64,000 bases of DNA from a bacterium (GTDB lineage Bacteria; Patescibacteriota; Minisyncoccia; Phycocordibacterales; Phycocordibacteraceae): positions 224,001 to 288,000 of the forward strand of contig JBBCGK010000001.1 of assembly GCA_037200965.1 (NCBI GenBank), in the 5' to 3' direction. The notes under the pieces were generated by a model. It was not told where the DNA came from, searched no databases, and was given only the letters and a program-made list of their open reading frames with translations. This document shows positions 38,705 to 49,314 of the stretch, piece after piece. The translations under genes and the position numbers were made by a program. Position 1 is the stretch's first letter. Each line of letters begins with the position of its first letter.

Positions 38705-39247
38705 TCAGGTGCCAAGCGCCTGTACCGTCGCCTGGATTCCGAGCGAGATCGCCTTGGCGCCAAGGAGAATGAGCGCTCCGACGACCGTCCACAGGAGCGC
38801 CTCGCGCGCCTCCTTTATTTTTTCTTCCGCTCCCTGCGCGGTCACGAATTTGAAACCTACGTAGACGAGCATCAAGACGATGACGATGCCGCCGATCTGT
38901 ATCACGAGGTCGAGGACGGCATTGAGGAAATCCGGAATCGTCGAAAAGCCGAGAGGATTCGTAAGGCCGCTTCCGCCTCCCCCGCCGCCTGGAACCGTTC
39001 CCGCCGGACGGCATACTCCCGCCACGCAGGTATCAGTGCCGGTGCAGGCAGGCTTGCAGGCTGAACCGCCGGGAACGGTACCGGCCGCTTGGCATTTGCC
39101 GTTGACGCATGTATCGGTACCGGTGCAAGCAGGAAGGCAGGCGGAGTCGGCGGCCTGCGCAGGAGCAGGTACGAGGATAAACACCATGAGAAACGCGACC
39201 GTGGCCGGAACAATAAAATACTTGCCTGTAGCGTTCATGATTTTCAT
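38705..39247 (-). CDS. pilin-like two-TM domain (C-terminal) fused to N-terminal Cys-rich repeat domain, paralog 6
   Basis: signal peptide, two copies of ACxPACTGTDTCVxGxCxxAGTVPGG, Gly run, then TM - GAEEKIKEAR loop - TM. Confidence 0.5.
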   Translation of the reverse strand: MKIMNATGKYFIVPATVAFLMVFILVPAPAQAADSACLPACTGTDTCVNGKCQAAGTVPGGSACKPACTGTDTCVAGVCRPAGTVPGGGGGGSGLTNPLGFSTIPDFLNAVLDLVIQIGGIVIVLMLVYVGFKFVTAQGAEEKIKEAREALLWTVVGALILLGAKAISLGIQATVQALGT

Positions 39248-40542
39248 TGTATCGCCTGAGTCAGCGCGCGCTCGGCGGAAACAAGGGCTTCGCTTAGGGA
39301 TACGCGTCCGGTAATCACGTCCATAATCATAGCGCCGAATATGCGGTCCGTATCCTCGGGCGCTGGGGACAGCCATCCCCGGCTTATAAGCGCTTCGCGA
39401 TAAAAGACCGAAGCGAAAGGATCGGCGGGCTCGGTTCCAAGAAGCGACAGGCGTGCGGGCGCAAGCCCCGTGGCGCCCGCAAGCGCGGTCATAACCGCGG
39501 GATCCGCGAGCGCGACGGCGGCGCTATAGGCACCGGCGGGGTTCGGACTCCCTTTGGGGATAGCGAACGCGTAGAGGTCGCCGAACGTAATCCGGTTCAC
39601 GGCATTCCCCGTCTGCGGCAAGGCCGCGACATCGAAATCGAGATTGGGATTCGCCGCACGCAGGAACGGCGCATCGGACGCGAAGCCGATATACAGCGCG
39701 AGATCGCCGGAGACGAACGCCTGCCTTGAATCCGGGAGCGACCCGTTCCAGGTATAGGAAACTTTCGAAGGATCGGCGAACTGGGTGTAGTAGCGCACCA
39801 CGGCCTCCCCGGGAGAGACGCCGCCAAAGCTTTGCGTCTCGGCGCCAAGCGATGCCTTGAGGCCGAGTGTCGTGCGGGCCGAGAGCGGTACTCCGCTTTG
39901 GAGAAAGAGCGCGGAAAGAATAGCGCCCGCGTGGTCGACGTTGGCATAGGTTCCAAGACCGATGAGCCCGCGCTCGATGTTCCTCCCTCCGTCAAGCTGC
40001 GCCGTACGCGGCACGAGTCCGACAAGGGCCTCCCATGCCGACGGAGGAGCTACGATACCGGCGGACGAGAGAGTCGCGCGGTTGTAGTAGAGGACGAGCG
40101 GATCGACCGCGAGCGGAATGCCGTAGACCCCGTCGGACGCAAGGAAAAGCTGCCCTTCCTGCACGAACGCGTCGGTAAAGGCGCGCGCCGAAATCGAGCT
40201 GTACGGGATCGGTATAAGCTTGTCCTCAAGCGAGACGAGATGCTCCTGGCTTATGAGCACCAGGTCGGGGCCCGTACCCGACGCCAGAGCGTCGACGAGT
40301 TCCCGTTCGAAGGTCGCGGGCTGCTTGCCGACATACCGTATGCCCTTAAGCTCGGTATTCTGGCCCGTAATGTTCGCAAGAGCCGGGGCGATCTCGTCCT
40401 GAGGGAGCGTGCCCCATATCGTCACCGTCCCGATGGAGCCGGTGCCGGAGGAGCCGGTGAAGGTCGCGAAGACGAAGATGCCGATTAGCGCGAGGAGGAC
40501 AAACGCGCCGATGATTCCCGCCTGGAAAAATGAGATCTTCAT
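39244..40542 (-). CDS. signal-anchored extracellular solute-binding-protein-like protein
   Basis: N-terminal TM, about 400-aa periplasmic-type domain loosely resembling family 1 SBPs; weak. Confidence 0.35.
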   Translation of the reverse strand: MKISFFQAGIIGAFVLLALIGIFVFATFTGSSGTGSIGTVTIWGTLPQDEIAPALANITGQNTELKGIRYVGKQPATFERELVDALASGTGPDLVLISQEHLVSLEDKLIPIPYSSISARAFTDAFVQEGQLFLASDGVYGIPLAVDPLVLYYNRATLSSAGIVAPPSAWEALVGLVPRTAQLDGGRNIERGLIGLGTYANVDHAGAILSALFLQSGVPLSARTTLGLKASLGAETQSFGGVSPGEAVVRYYTQFADPSKVSYTWNGSLPDSRQAFVSGDLALYIGFASDAPFLRAANPNLDFDVAALPQTGNAVNRITFGDLYAFAIPKGSPNPAGAYSAAVALADPAVMTALAGATGLAPARLSLLGTEPADPFASVFYREALISRGWLSPAPEDTDRIFGAMIMDVITGRVSLSEALVSAERALTQAIQ

Positions 40543-40543
40543 G

Positions 40544-41074
40544 TTAGGGAGCGGTAAATACGATGCCGTAGTGATGGGGGCCGGCGCTGAACTTCTTAAC
40601 CACATGGAAACCGGCGGCGGCAAAGACCGCTTCGGCCGCTTGTTCGTTCACCACGTGTGAAGGGTCCGGGCCGAGCCCCCCGTACGCTCCGGCCCAATCG
40701 ATGACCAGAAGCTTCCCTCCGGGCTTAAGAATACGGCGCAGTTCGGCCGCGACTATCGCCTTCTCTTTTATCTGAAACAGCGTGTTGGAAAGAATCGCAC
40801 CGTCGACCGCCTGATCCCGAAGCGTGGTTCCGCGCGGCTTCTCGATATCGCCCCATACGGTTTCTATGGTCCGCACCCCCTGCTCCCGCGCCGTTCCCTG
40901 AATGCGCTTCAGCACATCCTCCTGAACATCGATCGCATATACCCGCCCGTCCACCCCCACGGCGTGCGCCGCGGCAAGGGAATAGTGTCCGCTCCCCGCC
41001 CCGAGGTCCGCCACTTTCACTCCTTCCCTGAGGCCCATCTGCAGTACGTTCGTCTTCGGATCGGCGAAATTCAT
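40544..41074 (-). CDS. class I SAM-dependent methyltransferase
   Basis: motif I VADLGAGSGHYS, motif II region VYAIDVQ, start trimmed to Met18. Confidence 0.65.
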   Translation of the reverse strand: MNFADPKTNVLQMGLREGVKVADLGAGSGHYSLAAAHAVGVDGRVYAIDVQEDVLKRIQGTAREQGVRTIETVWGDIEKPRGTTLRDQAVDGAILSNTLFQIKEKAIVAAELRRILKPGGKLLVIDWAGAYGGLGPDPSHVVNEQAAEAVFAAAGFHVVKKFSAGPHHYGIVFTAP

Positions 41075-41194
41075 GCGATCAGTATAGCAAGAGCGCCCGC
41101 GCTGCTGGCGCATAGTCAACAGCATATAAAAACAGGCGGTCTTTCGGCCGTCCGCGCCACAAGCATTGCTTCCGGGAGCGAAACGGCCCGGCGA

Positions 41195-41587
41195 TTAATG
41201 AACGGTCGCCGCGGTGCCTTCAAGAACCACGCGCCCGGTCTTATAAAGCGACACATCGATGCTTCGTCCGGGAGCGACCGGAACCGCAAATGTTTCGAGC
41301 AGTTCCGCGGCGGGCGCATCGGTTTTGTGCCGCTCGTTAAAGCCCGTGATGCCGGCTACGAAATCCGTCGCGGCCATATCCGGGTCCTTGAGCGCTATCA
41401 CCAGCTTCGCCGCTTCCGGAGAGAAGCGGTAGAGAGTGGTCATGTGCGCTTCCATCTGCCCGCGCTCGAGCATGAGCTGGTCGGCTGATTTTTCGATGGG
41501 CGCGAGCGTGCTCGCAACGGAAGCGGGTTCCGCCTTCTTTTCGCTTGGCACAAGCCTCCGAATCAGTCCTTCAAAGGGGTTTGCCAT
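41195..41587 (-). CDS. hypothetical protein
   Basis: 130-aa ORF. Confidence 0.3.
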   Translation of the reverse strand: MANPFEGLIRRLVPSEKKAEPASVASTLAPIEKSADQLMLERGQMEAHMTTLYRFSPEAAKLVIALKDPDMAATDFVAGITGFNERHKTDAPAAELLETFAVPVAPGRSIDVSLYKTGRVVLEGTAATVH

Positions 41588-41676
41588 CAGCTAACGGTAG
41601 CACGAACCGAAACGATGGCGAAAAGCCGCTTCAGGGTGTATAAGTAGCGCGGTTAGGAAAGAAGGAGAACAGCATC

Positions 41677-42297
41677 ATGTCCGAAGTATTCCATGTACAT
41701 ACCTTCGCAGGACTGAACGGTCCGCCCGTTCTCGTCGCCTGCTTCTGGCACCCTGTGCTCCTGACCGGAGGTATCGGGTTTTGCATGAAGCAAGCCGATG
41801 CGGAGAAAATCGCGGCGACAAAGTCCCTGCCTGAAGGAGACCGCACCAGTGTCTTGAGCGCGCTCAAGATGCTTCCGAAAAGCAGCCCGGAGTTGGCGTT
41901 CACGTTGAGGGGTCGATATACAGGGTCGTTTATCGGTCTCGTCAACGACTTCAAGCCACTCATCGGTCGCATCGTCGCCCGTCCGCACACGAAACCGGTT
42001 TTTTGGGCCATGTGGCCTCCGGACGCCGATGGGACGGCCGAAACGACACTGATGTGGTTCACCCCAAGCAAAGGTTACGAGGTCGGCGTCGTTTTTTCCG
42101 TCGAACAATTCGAAGCTCTTGTCCACGAACTCGATTCGGCCAATTTGCTCAACGACCAGCTTCGAGCTGAGTTCAAGGCGAACAAGTGGCGCGTCGAAGC
42201 GCGGCGCGGCGAAGTGTGGGAGCCTATTCGCGTCACCGGATCGCCAGCCCGCATCATCTGCATCGGCTCGATGGTTATAGAACGGGCGAAGATGTAA
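41677..42297 (+). CDS. hypothetical protein
   Basis: 206-aa ORF. Confidence 0.3.
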   Translation: MSEVFHVHTFAGLNGPPVLVACFWHPVLLTGGIGFCMKQADAEKIAATKSLPEGDRTSVLSALKMLPKSSPELAFTLRGRYTGSFIGLVNDFKPLIGRIVARPHTKPVFWAMWPPDADGTAETTLMWFTPSKGYEVGVVFSVEQFEALVHELDSANLLNDQLRAEFKANKWRVEARRGEVWEPIRVTGSPARIICIGSMVIERAKM

Positions 42298-42361
42298 GTG
42301 AGTCGCTGCCTCCCTGAAGCCGCCGGGCATTCCTGCCCGGCGGTCTTTCTTTTTCTCCTAG

Positions 42362-42670
42362 CTATGCGAGTACGTAAATATCTATCACCGGTTCCTCATA
42401 CGGATGTACGCGTTTGATGGCCGCGATCACCTTCTCAACGAGTTCGTCTTCGCAATTCACTTCTATTCGCTCCTCTTCCACTTCCTCGGGCTTCCCCGCT
42501 TCCCCGATGGCCGGACTCGCGCCTTCCTGTGGTACAAACCTGCCGACGCCTTTGGTACTGAAACTGCAGAATGCATAGTTACCGATTTTTCCCGCACCTG
42601 CTTCTCCCATCGCTTGCCGGACCGTATCGGCAACTTCACCCGCGGGTGCCGTGACGACGATTTTCTTCAT
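42362..42670 (-). CDS. standalone NIF3-insert-like / CutA-like (PII-fold) small protein
   Basis: AGKIGNYAFCSF...GRFVP.EGASPAIGEAG...HPYEEPVIDIYVL matches the insert domain of NIF3/YqfO proteins. Confidence 0.4.
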   Translation of the reverse strand: MKKIVVTAPAGEVADTVRQAMGEAGAGKIGNYAFCSFSTKGVGRFVPQEGASPAIGEAGKPEEVEEERIEVNCEDELVEKVIAAIKRVHPYEEPVIDIYVLA

Positions 42671-42679
42671 GTATGTATG

Positions 42680-45600
42680 TTAAAGCGCCACCATCGACGC
42701 GATTGAATCGCCCTCGTAGAGCCGCATGATACGCACGCCCTGGGTCGCGCGGGAAAGCGACGGCACTTCCTTGGCGGTGATGCGGATAACCTGTCCCTTT
42801 TTAGAAACAACGACGATTTCCTCATCCGACACGTCCTTCCCGAGAAGCACTTTCGCGCCGATGATCTCGCCCGTCTTCGGTGTCACCTCTGCCGTCTTGA
42901 TGCCGGAACCTCCCCGGCCTTGCACCTTGTATTCGGAAAGCTCGGTCGACTTGCCGTATCCTTTCGACATGATGACGAGGAGGGACGCGTCCTTGGCTGC
43001 GGCCGAAATCACTTCCGCGGAAACGACCGTGTCGCCCTTGCGCACGCTCATGCCGCGCACGCCTCCGGCGGTCCGCCCCATCGCGCGCACGTCGCCCTCC
43101 TCGAAGCGGATGCTTTGGCCCTTGGCGGTTACGATCGAAACGCTGTCGCTCTCTTCGGCAAGATGCGCGGCAACGAGCTTATCGCCGTCCTTGAGGTTGA
43201 TCGCGATGATGCCCGAGCGGCGTACATCCGCGAAGGACTTTGCTTCCACTTTTTTCACAATGCCGTTTGCCGTCACGAAGAATACCGACAAGGCGTCGCG
43301 CTCGGCGCCCTTGGGGACCGGAAGTACCGAAGTCACCTTCTCGTCACCGGCAAGCGGAAGGAAGTTCATCATGCTCTTTCCCTTGGTCGCGCGCTTCCCT
43401 TCGGGGATCTCGTACATCTTGAGCTGGTATGCCTTGCCGTAGTCGGTGAAGAAGAGGAGGTCGGAGTGCGCCGAGGCCGCGAGGAAGTGCGTCACGACGT
43501 CCTCCTCCTTGGTCGAGAGGTCGACGACGCCGACGCCGCCGCGCTTCTGCGTCTTGTATTCCGACGGGTTCGTGCGCTTCACGTAGCCTCCGGCGGTGAG
43601 GACGAGGACGGACTCCTCGTCCGGCACCAGGTCTTCGACGGAGATGTTCTGAACCCCGCCTTTGACGATCTTCGTGCGGCGGTCGTCGCCGTATTTCTCG
43701 CCGATAGCGACGAGTTCCGTCTTCACGACCGCGAGGATGTTCTTTGCGGAAGAGAGTATCTTCTCGAGCTTCGCGATAAGCGCCTGGACCTCCGCCAGTT
43801 CGTCCTCGATCTTCTTGCGCTCGAGGCCCGCGAGTTTCGACAGCCGCATCTCGAGGATCGCCGCCGCCTGAAGCTCCGAAAATGCGAATTTCTTCTGGAG
43901 CGCGAGGGACGCGGCCGGGACATCGGCGGCTTTCTTGATGATCGCGATGACCTCGTCGATATGGTCGAGCGCTTTCGAAAGTCCGAGGAGGATGTGCTCG
44001 CGCGCCTTCGCCTGCCGGAGATCGAATTCGGTACGCCGCTTCACCACTACTCTCCGGTGTTCTATGAAATTCTCGAGAATGCCCTTGAGCGAAAGCGTCT
44101 GCGGCACGCCGTCGACGAGCGCAAGCATGTTGTAGTGGAAAGCGCTCTCGAGCTCGGTGTGCTTATAAATCGTATTGAGGACGGCCTGCGGGTGCGCCGT
44201 GCCTTTGAGCTCGACGACAATGCGGGTCTCAAATGACGTCGTCGACTCGTCGCGCAGGTCCCGTACGCCCTCGAGCTTCTTGTCGCGCACGAGATCGGCG
44301 ATGCGGGTGATGAGGTCGGCTTTATTGACGCGGTACGGGATCGAGGTGATGACAATTTTCGAATCCTTCTTGCCGTCGTCGACGATCTCCGCTTCGCCGC
44401 GCACCACGACCCCGCCCCGTCCGCTTATGTACGCCTGCCTGATATCGGCCTGGTTAAAGGCAACCCCCCCGAGCGGGAAATCCGGGCCTTTGACGAATTT
44501 GAGGAGGTCCTCGGTCGTCGCCTCGGGCTCGTCGATGAGGTGCACGGTCGCGTCGACCACTTCCCGCAGGTTATGGGGCGGTATTGCGGTTGCCATGCCG
44601 ACCGCGATACCGAGCGTGCCGTTAAGGAGAAGGTTCGGCACGGCGGCGGGAAGCACGGATGGCTCCTTACGGCTCGCGTCATAGTTGGGGTTCCATTCGA
44701 CCGTGTCCTTGTCGAGGTCGTTCATGATGTCCTCCGCGATGCGCGACATCTTGGCCTCGGTATTGTGGTTTATGAATCCGTTAGCGACAAAGGAGTGGCA
44801 CTCGCTTCGCACCCGGATCGAATACACAGGAGCTGGTGCCTCGTTCGTTACGGAAGCCACTACATCGAACAAATACCGGTGGCGCGAGAGTTCGCCGAAC
44901 AGCGCCTCGACCGTCGGACGCACATGCGGCAGCACGGCGGAGGCGACGAGCGGGCCATGTTCGGCAAGCGCGGTGTATCGGTCGAAATTATGCTTGCGTA
45001 CGAATCTCCCGATACCCTGATAGCTCGGCGGTGCAAGATGCGAACGCACGTATCCTGCGATGAACGGCACGTAGTCGGTAGCCGATGAGTCCTTGGAGAG
45101 CCGCGCGATCGCTTTGCCAAGCTTCGTTTTCTTGCGCGCGGAAACAAAACCGATCTCGCGCTCAAAGAGGCGGTAGTCATGGAGACCCCGTATATAGAGC
45201 TTTTCGATCGCGCGGTGGCAGTCGTGACGGCGCGTGCTTGCGATGCCAAGGCGCATAAGAACGACCTGCATTTCGTCGAGAAGCGCCGTGCTCTTAGATA
45301 CGACGCTCAATTCCGTCATTTTCGACGAGAAGCTTATGCCGCCGTCGCCTTCAAAATACGCCTGAAGGAAAGCTGCGACGACTGGCTTCGGAGACCGCAG
45401 CACCGAGAACGGGATACGCTTTTCGGGCGATTTTACCGGCGCAAGCCCTATAGCGCGCAGAAACGCAATCACATATTGCGAGTGAATCTCGATGGTGTAG
45501 TACGGCTTCTTACCATAGGAAGACGGTTCGCGCCTGAAGTGGTGCAGGCGGCAGCCAGGAAACACGCGGGCGAAGCGCTCGACGAAGGCCTGGATGAGGT

Positions 45601-46489
45601 CGGGGTCGCTGTTGCAGAACTCCAACTCCTTTTCCTTGATGGTACCTTCCGATACGAGGAGGCCGAGGATGAATGCCAGGTCTTCGGTAAGCTCCGCAGG
45701 CAGCTGCTGTACTGTAATCCGTTTGTTCGCGACTTTCGGAACAAAGGGCGTGAGGGAGAGCGGGTGTTCCGGCCACAAAAGGTCGGGGGTCCGATCCATC
45801 ACCACCACGTCGCCTTCGTCGATATCGGCAAGAAGCTTCCACGCGAAGCGGGGTACGCCAGTTGCCGGATCCTCGTGCCAGATAAGAAGCGGGTGGTTGC
45901 GGGAACCACGGATCCGGTATCCCCGATTGGTTTTGAGGGCTATCGTTGGATGAACGCCGCTATCGAACCACGCATCGGCCGAATTGATCCGGCCGTTCAT
46001 CGAAATCACCCGCGCCTCGATTTCTTCCGTGCCGTCGTCGGATAGTTCCTTGATGGGAACCAGACCCTTATCTGTCGCAACAAGCGTGTCCCCCGTGACG
46101 CAATACCGCATGGCGGCTGGCGAGTCGCCGTCGATCGAGCCGAAATTGCCCTGCCCGATCACGAGCGGATAGCGGTGCGAGAAATCCTGCGCAAGCTTCG
46201 TCATCGCGTCATAGACGCTCGCGTCGCCGTGCGGATGGTATTTGCCGAGCACGTCGCCGACGACAAGCGCGGACTTGCGGAATTTCGCGCCCGCCGTGAG
46301 CCCAAGCTCGCTCATGGCGTAAAGGATGCGGCGGTGTACCGGCTTCAGGCCGTCGCGCACGTCGGGAAGCGCGCGGGAGGTGATCACGCTCATCGCGTAA
46401 TCGACGTAGGAGGTGCGCATCTCGCCCGTGATGCTCTGCCCTATGATGCGCCCGCCAAGCGGTACGGCCGACTGTTCTTCCTTAGCCAT
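42680..46489 (-). CDS. gyrA: DNA gyrase subunit A, intein-containing
   Basis: 1269 aa; GyrA N-terminal breakage-reunion domain (AAMRY active-site Tyr region), C-terminal beta-pinwheel repeats; intein inserted after AAMRY. Confidence 0.9.
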   Translation of the reverse strand: MAKEEQSAVPLGGRIIGQSITGEMRTSYVDYAMSVITSRALPDVRDGLKPVHRRILYAMSELGLTAGAKFRKSALVVGDVLGKYHPHGDASVYDAMTKLAQDFSHRYPLVIGQGNFGSIDGDSPAAMRYCVTGDTLVATDKGLVPIKELSDDGTEEIEARVISMNGRINSADAWFDSGVHPTIALKTNRGYRIRGSRNHPLLIWHEDPATGVPRFAWKLLADIDEGDVVVMDRTPDLLWPEHPLSLTPFVPKVANKRITVQQLPAELTEDLAFILGLLVSEGTIKEKELEFCNSDPDLIQAFVERFARVFPGCRLHHFRREPSSYGKKPYYTIEIHSQYVIAFLRAIGLAPVKSPEKRIPFSVLRSPKPVVAAFLQAYFEGDGGISFSSKMTELSVVSKSTALLDEMQVVLMRLGIASTRRHDCHRAIEKLYIRGLHDYRLFEREIGFVSARKKTKLGKAIARLSKDSSATDYVPFIAGYVRSHLAPPSYQGIGRFVRKHNFDRYTALAEHGPLVASAVLPHVRPTVEALFGELSRHRYLFDVVASVTNEAPAPVYSIRVRSECHSFVANGFINHNTEAKMSRIAEDIMNDLDKDTVEWNPNYDASRKEPSVLPAAVPNLLLNGTLGIAVGMATAIPPHNLREVVDATVHLIDEPEATTEDLLKFVKGPDFPLGGVAFNQADIRQAYISGRGGVVVRGEAEIVDDGKKDSKIVITSIPYRVNKADLITRIADLVRDKKLEGVRDLRDESTTSFETRIVVELKGTAHPQAVLNTIYKHTELESAFHYNMLALVDGVPQTLSLKGILENFIEHRRVVVKRRTEFDLRQAKAREHILLGLSKALDHIDEVIAIIKKAADVPAASLALQKKFAFSELQAAAILEMRLSKLAGLERKKIEDELAEVQALIAKLEKILSSAKNILAVVKTELVAIGEKYGDDRRTKIVKGGVQNISVEDLVPDEESVLVLTAGGYVKRTNPSEYKTQKRGGVGVVDLSTKEEDVVTHFLAASAHSDLLFFTDYGKAYQLKMYEIPEGKRATKGKSMMNFLPLAGDEKVTSVLPVPKGAERDALSVFFVTANGIVKKVEAKSFADVRRSGIIAINLKDGDKLVAAHLAEESDSVSIVTAKGQSIRFEEGDVRAMGRTAGGVRGMSVRKGDTVVSAEVISAAAKDASLLVIMSKGYGKSTELSEYKVQGRGGSGIKTAEVTPKTGEIIGAKVLLGKDVSDEEIVVVSKKGQVIRITAKEVPSLSRATQGVRIMRLYEGDSIASMVAL
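44762..46102 (-). mobile_element. GyrA intein with LAGLIDADG homing-endonuclease domain (aa 130-576)
   Basis: AAMRY | CVTGDTLV ... FINHN | TEAKM; two LAGLIDADG blocks ([24 protein letters not shown]); classical GyrA intein insertion site. Confidence 0.8.
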
Positions 46490-46504
46490 GCAAGCCTATA
46501 AAAA

Positions 46505-46861
46505 TCAGAACGGGATGATCGTCTGCGAGCTTGCGGCAGCAGGTTTCTCTTCGATCGTCGAGCTTGTGCCGCCGTCTACGATCTGGAGCGACGGTGCGGG
46601 CTTTGGGGTGCCAAATCCAGTCGCGGCACCAGCCGCACCGACAAGCTTCGAAAATGCCGATGAGCTCTCCGGGACGGCGGCGATCGCCGGGCGGCTCCCG
46701 CCGTCAAGCGGAACGGGCTTGAGCGCGAGCATGCCGCCGGATATGGTCGCGGCAAGCCAGCCGATCGCAAGGAGCGCGGTAAGTACGCCAGCACTTCCAA
46801 GGGCGATGTTTCTGCGTACGTGTTCCGGTTTGCTTCGAAGACGGTCGAGGTGTTCAAGCAT
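46505..46861 (-). CDS. hypothetical membrane-anchored protein
   Basis: 118 aa, one TM helix. Confidence 0.3.
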   Translation of the reverse strand: MLEHLDRLRSKPEHVRRNIALGSAGVLTALLAIGWLAATISGGMLALKPVPLDGGSRPAIAAVPESSSAFSKLVGAAGAATGFGTPKPAPSLQIVDGGTSSTIEEKPAAASSQTIIPF

Positions 46862-46875
46862 AGGTTAAATAGTTA

Positions 46876-47526
46876 TTACGGGGTCACTACTATAATAGCA
46901 CCGTCGCGCGCAAGCGCATCTTTCTTTTTGATAGTCAACTTGTCCACTTTCTCCGCCGCCCCTCCCTCTTCTTTGAGGAAGGTCTCAAGCGCCTTGCCCT
47001 CCCCCATGCCGCTCCAGTGCATCGGCACGATGATGCGGGGCTCAAGCGATACGGCGAGCTTATGCGCGGCGGACGGATCAAGCACTCCGTCTCCGCCGAC
47101 CGGTACGAACAGTACGTCGATCTCCTCGATAGCCTCCCGCGCATCGGCCGGAAGCTCCGTATCCGAAAGCGCGCCGAGAAACAGGAGGCTCATACCCTCG
47201 AGATCGACCAGATATATGGTATTGACCGCTTCCGCCTGGCCTTTGGCGAGGCCGTACTTGCTCTTAGTGAGAAAGCCCTGGATCGTGACGCCCGAGTGCT
47301 CGTATTCGCCGGGTCCCGAGATAACGAACGGGACTTTCTCGCCGTAGCTTACTTCCGCCGTGCCGTTCATATCGGGATGGTTTCTCGAGACAAGCGCGAT
47401 GTCGGCGCCGAAGCGCGCGGCGGGAAGCGTCCCGCCCTTCGAGATCGGGTCGAAGGCGAGCGTAAGATCGCCGAAACTTACCTTGAAGCACTGTCCGCCA
47501 AGATGCGTGATGACCATGATGTGCAT
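46876..47526 (-). CDS. MBL-fold metallo-hydrolase (UPF0173-like)
   Basis: start at Met19; HxHxDH-like region (LVSRNHPDMNG), beta-lactamase-fold pattern. Confidence 0.6.
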   Translation of the reverse strand: MHIMVITHLGGQCFKVSFGDLTLAFDPISKGGTLPAARFGADIALVSRNHPDMNGTAEVSYGEKVPFVISGPGEYEHSGVTIQGFLTKSKYGLAKGQAEAVNTIYLVDLEGMSLLFLGALSDTELPADAREAIEEIDVLFVPVGGDGVLDPSAAHKLAVSLEPRIIVPMHWSGMGEGKALETFLKEEGGAAEKVDKLTIKKKDALARDGAIIVVTP

Positions 47527-47751
47527 AAGTATACCCTGAATTTTCCGGGATGGTACTGTTTCGGAAGGCTGTTCCATCACTCTCCCGGAAATCAGCCGGA
47601 CAAGGAGGAGCTATGGATACAGGGAACCTCTCCCGGGGAACCCATACGAGATGAAGCGACAGCGCGGTGCGGACGATCATACCGTTTACCGGCATCCTGC
47701 TGCATACGCAGAAGCCGGGGAGTTGTCTTACCAACAATCCGAACACCGCGA

Positions 47752-47790
47752 GAGGGGGCCTTTTGGGCCCCCTCGCCTTATTTTAAGTTA
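47752..47790 (+). terminator. terminator-like hairpin in a 700-nt gene-poor gap
   Basis: GAGAGGGGGCC-TTTT-GGGCCCCCTCGCC followed by TTATTTT. Confidence 0.4.
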
Positions 47791-48289
47791 TGCACATGCT
47801 GTTCACCCGAACACTTGCAGGGCAATTCTGGGTGGTATGCTGTCAAGGTTTTGGGGGACATCTCCCGAACATTAGAGGAGTCGTTTGACATGCCAGCGAA
47901 AGCGGAAATGCAGTTCGCCATCACGGCCGATGTGGCCACCGACGAAGCGAAAAGCCACCAGCACCTCGACGCCGGTCCGGACAGCCCGGCGAAGCGCGCG
48001 AAGAAGGCCGGCCAGGCTCCCACAGCGTAGGCGCAAGGCAAAGTGCGCCGCGGTTCCCGGGATTACGCGAAAGCGTTTTTCCGGGTCCCGCGGCCGCGCT
48101 CTCGCCATTTTCTCTCCTGGCATCATTCGACTCCCAATCAAAGGTCCCGTTTACGGGGCCTTTTGTTTTATTACGACATATCCACAGGGGTATTGACAAT
48201 TCAGCACGGGGTGTGCTAGGGTCCCCTAATCGGACCTGGACTGGCCAGGAAGAACCGATACAGTCATCCTCGAGAAAGGGGAAATTCCA

Positions 48290-48805
48290 ATGAAGCACCA
48301 TCACTATGGCTTTGCGCTCGCAGTTGCCGCCATGTTCACGCTCTCGGCTCCGGCCTTCGCCAATGATTCCAGCTGGACGTCGCCCGCGCACTTCAAGAAC
48401 ACGACTTCGGTCGCCGCGATCATCGACGGCTCCTCCGACGCCATCATGAAGGACACGATCACGGCCGCCATCGGCCTCGACATGACGCTCGCGCTCATCG
48501 AACACGATCCGCAGATCAATGGCTACGACGCGATCGCGCTGAACGGCGGCGCCAAGCAGACCACCGTCATCATCCACTACGTCGATCTCGACACCGTGGA
48601 CATGCCGCTGGTGATGAACGACTCCGGCAAGACCGTCGCCATGGGCCCCGCCGGCCTCGGCGCCGATTCTGACAGCCTCATCCAGAAGATCTATGATGCG
48701 GCCGCCACGCTGACCAATCAGATGCGCGCCGACTCCGCCTACCAGCTCGCTGCCGGCCTCCACACGCCGTCGCAGCTCGGGCAGTACGCCGACAAGCTGG
48801 CGTAA
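48290..48805 (+). CDS. secreted hypothetical protein
   Basis: cleavable signal peptide (AFANDSS), 171 aa; upstream TTGACA-17-TAGGGT promoter-like motif at about 48194..48222. Confidence 0.5.
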   Translation: MKHHHYGFALAVAAMFTLSAPAFANDSSWTSPAHFKNTTSVAAIIDGSSDAIMKDTITAAIGLDMTLALIEHDPQINGYDAIALNGGAKQTTVIIHYVDLDTVDMPLVMNDSGKTVAMGPAGLGADSDSLIQKIYDAAATLTNQMRADSAYQLAAGLHTPSQLGQYADKLA

Positions 48806-48846
48806 CTTCCCGAAGCAGACTGGGTGAAAGGTCTGCATAGTAAGTA

Positions 48847-48881
48847 AAACGGGCGCTCCCTCGGGAGCGCCCATTGTTTTT
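48847..48881. terminator. intrinsic terminator
   Basis: GGGCGCTCCC-TC-GGGAGCGCCC then ATTGTTTTT. Confidence 0.55.
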
Positions 48882-49314
48882 ATGCTTGCCCTTTTTCGTG
48901 CTATGCTTGCAATGCCCGGCTCGATGTTTTATGCCGGCGGCTCATCTGAGGAGAAGAACATGACTCATTCCCGCGTCGCGACGAACATCGCCTCCGGCTT
49001 CCGCCATCCGACGTACGATGGCCGCCCGAAGGCGACGGGTCTCGACCACGAACTTGATGTCCGAATCCGAACCGGGTGAGATCTCGAATCGCTCCTGACG
49101 CGTTCCGGTCGGGAAATATCCAATACGGAAGGGCGCCCGGGAAACCAGGCGCCCTTTTCCCTTATTATCTTTAAAGAAGCCGAACTTGGCTTTTTATACG
49201 GATCTTGATAAGGTGTCGGTATCGCGAGCGCGTGATTAGTAAGCGCGAGCGGGCTAACCCTCGAGGCCCCAGGGCCGACAGTACCCGCCGCCGGACCGCG
49301 CCGCCACAATTGTC

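Noticed and set aside
42920-44236. 438-aa plus-strand ORF and neighbours (42726..43442, 45179..46045)
   Set aside because: Antisense to gyrA; no domain signal. GyrA on the minus strand explains the region.
47690-47750. Possible SRP (4.5S) RNA domain IV
   Set aside because: Shares GUUUACC and a GNRA-like region with 4.5S RNA, but the conserved AGG..AGG / AGCAGC internal loop could not be aligned. Covariance-model support is needed.
47017-48030. 337-aa plus-strand ORF
   Set aside because: First two-thirds are antisense to the MBL-fold hydrolase. Only the last 46 codons (from ATG 47890) might be a real small ORF.
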